Shown here: positions 61,857 through 63,149 of the stretch, piece by piece
Layout of the letters: the number at the start of each line of letters is the position of its first letter
How positions within the stretch are numbered: position 1 is the first letter of the stretch
NCBI GenBank assembly: GCA_001788395.1
Contig: MGBT01000060.1
Coordinates: 4,233-67,381, forward strand
Length of the DNA stretch: 63,149 nt
Reading direction: 5' to 3'
DNA from: Candidatus Rokubacteria bacterium GWA2_70_23
GTDB lineage: Bacteria > Methylomirabilota > Methylomirabilia > Rokubacteriales > CSP1-6
Made by a program: the position numbers and the translations under genes
The notes under the pieces: generated by a model
Seen by the model: the letters and a program-made list of their open reading frames with translations, nothing else
The model's database searches: none
Told to the model about the DNA's origin: nothing

Positions 61857-63149
61857 ATGATCGGCATCGTCTCGGTGGCAAGACGCTCCAGGCCGTGTGG
61901 GGCAGCGGCGGCAGCGGCGAGCGCGCCGTGGCCAATTACGACGAGGACAGCCTCACCATGGCGGTCGAGGCCTCCCTCGACGCGCTCGCCGGTCGCGACG
62001 CCTCCACGGTGGGCGCCTGTTTTCTCGCCTCCACCACCGCGCCCTATCTTGAGAAGTCCAGCGCCACGCTCCTGGCCACGGCCACCGACCTCGGCCCCGA
62101 GGTGCTCACGGCCGATCTCGGCGGCTCGCTCCGCTGCGGGACCACGGCGCTCCGGCTGGCACTCGACATGGTGCGCGCCGGCTCGGTGTCGCAGGGGCTG
62201 GTGGCGGCCTCCGACATGCGGCCCGTGGCTCCGGGCTCCCCCGAGGAGGTGCCGCTCGGCGCCGGCGCGGCGGCCTTCCTGGTCGGCAGCGACGACGTCA
62301 TCGCCAGCTTCGAGGGCGCCTTCAGCGTGAGCCGCGAGTTCACCGACGTCTGGCGCACTCCCGGTGACGGTTACCTGAACATCCTGCCCGACATGACCTT
62401 CGTCAAAGGCTACGGCCTCGACAAGCATATCCCCGAAACCGTGGACGGGCTGCTGGCCAAGACGGGTCGCACGCGCGAGGACATCGCCAAGATCGTCGTC
62501 TACGGCCCCGACGCGCGCACCCAGGCCACGCTCCTCAAGCAGCTCAAGTTCGGCCGACGGCGCCGCGCCCAAAGAGGCCGTGATGGGCCGGGCGGGGAAC
62601 ACGGGATCGGCGGCGGCCCCGCTGGGGCTCGTCGCGGCGCTCGAGGAATGCAAGCCGGGCGATCAGGTGCTGGTCGTCTCCTACGGCAACGGCGCCGAGG
62701 CGCTTCTCTTCCAGTGCACGGATGCCCTCGCCAGGCGGCCGCTCCACCGTCCGGTCTCCGCCCAGCTCGCCGCTGGCCGGCCGCTCACCCAGTACGGCAG
62801 GCTCCTGAACGTCAAGCGCCACGTGGAGACCGAGGTGATCCGTGCCTTCACGAGCGTGCCGACCATGGTGCGCGAGGAGAAGCAGAACATGCGGCTCTCC
62901 GGCCAGAAGTGCCAGGACTGCGGCGCCGTCTCCTACCCGCGCCGCCACCTGTGCTGGCAGTGTTCCTCCACGCGGCTCGCGGACTACAAGATCTCCCGCC
63001 GCGGGAAGGTCTTCACCTTCACCAAGGACCACCTTGTCCCGAATCCCGACCCACCGACGATCATGGTCTCGGCCGATCTCGACGGCGGCGGCCGCTTCTA
63101 CGGCCAGCTCACCGACTGCGACCCGGCCACGGTCACCTTCGAGATGCCC
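61857..63149 (+). pseudogene. HMG-CoA-synthase-like (thiolase-fold) protein fused to DUF35 Zn-ribbon/OB-fold, reading frame broken twice; 3' end outside window
   Basis: AGGAG-N7-ATG 61857 gives MIGIVS. The homology-like, GC3-rich frame then moves to +2 at ~61874 (GGKTLQAVWGSGGSGERAVANYDEDSLTMAVEA...LLKQLKFG). It returns to the first frame at ~62555 (KEAVMGRAGNTGSAAAPLGLVAALEECKPGDQVLVVSYGNGAE...CQDCGAVSYPRRHLCWQC...). The first frame has a stop at 62328-62330. Confidence 0.6.

Overview
GC-rich, strongly GC3-biased bacterial chromosomal segment; the organism cannot be identified from the sequence alone. It is almost entirely housekeeping and almost entirely on the + strand. Genes are tightly packed, and many junctions are 4-nt ATGA/GTGA stop-start overlaps. 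Gene order: partial GT2, aminotransferase, methyltransferase, GT-C glycosyltransferase, nth | rplM-rpsI-argC-argJ | rpsB-tsf-pyrH-frr-uppS-cdsA-dxr-rseP-ispG-ferredoxin-proS | rimP-nusA-ylxR-infB-DUF503-rbfA-nrnA-truB-ribF | rpsO-pnp-M16 peptidase | purB-purS-purQ-purL-purF-purM-purN-purH-(MerR/TPR)-purD-tsaC-mobA-hypothetical-43 aa basic ORF-thiI-betaCASP RNase-MFS | rpiB-glyA-nrdR | minus strand: PRTase, Lys-rich mini-ORF, short EamA | tsaB-rimI | two c-type cytochromes | meaB | NarI/HdrD-like Fe-S oxidoreductase, DUF1232, fused CoA-transferase, and a frame-disrupted HMG-CoA-synthase-like/DUF35 gene that runs off the window. I saw no rRNA, tRNA, CRISPR array, transposase/integrase or recognisable defence genes, and I cannot point to a clear novel multi-gene system. 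The gene list leaves these items unexplained: (1) a family of GC-rich structured repeats, comprising a 72-bp tandem array inside the nusA-infB operon, a 66-bp tandem array at 57.4 kb, related copies at 46.45 kb that supply a stop and a start codon, and a ~210-bp inverted-repeat element at 51.5 kb; (2) a promoter-driven 12-codon Lys-rich mini-ORF plus hairpin ahead of an internally shortened EamA transporter; (3) an orphan monoheme/pentaheme cytochrome pair; (4) a MerR/TPR gene inside the pur operon; (5) several short GC3-biased ORFs missing from the track. Most long minus-strand or alternate-frame ORFs in the track are high-GC artefacts.
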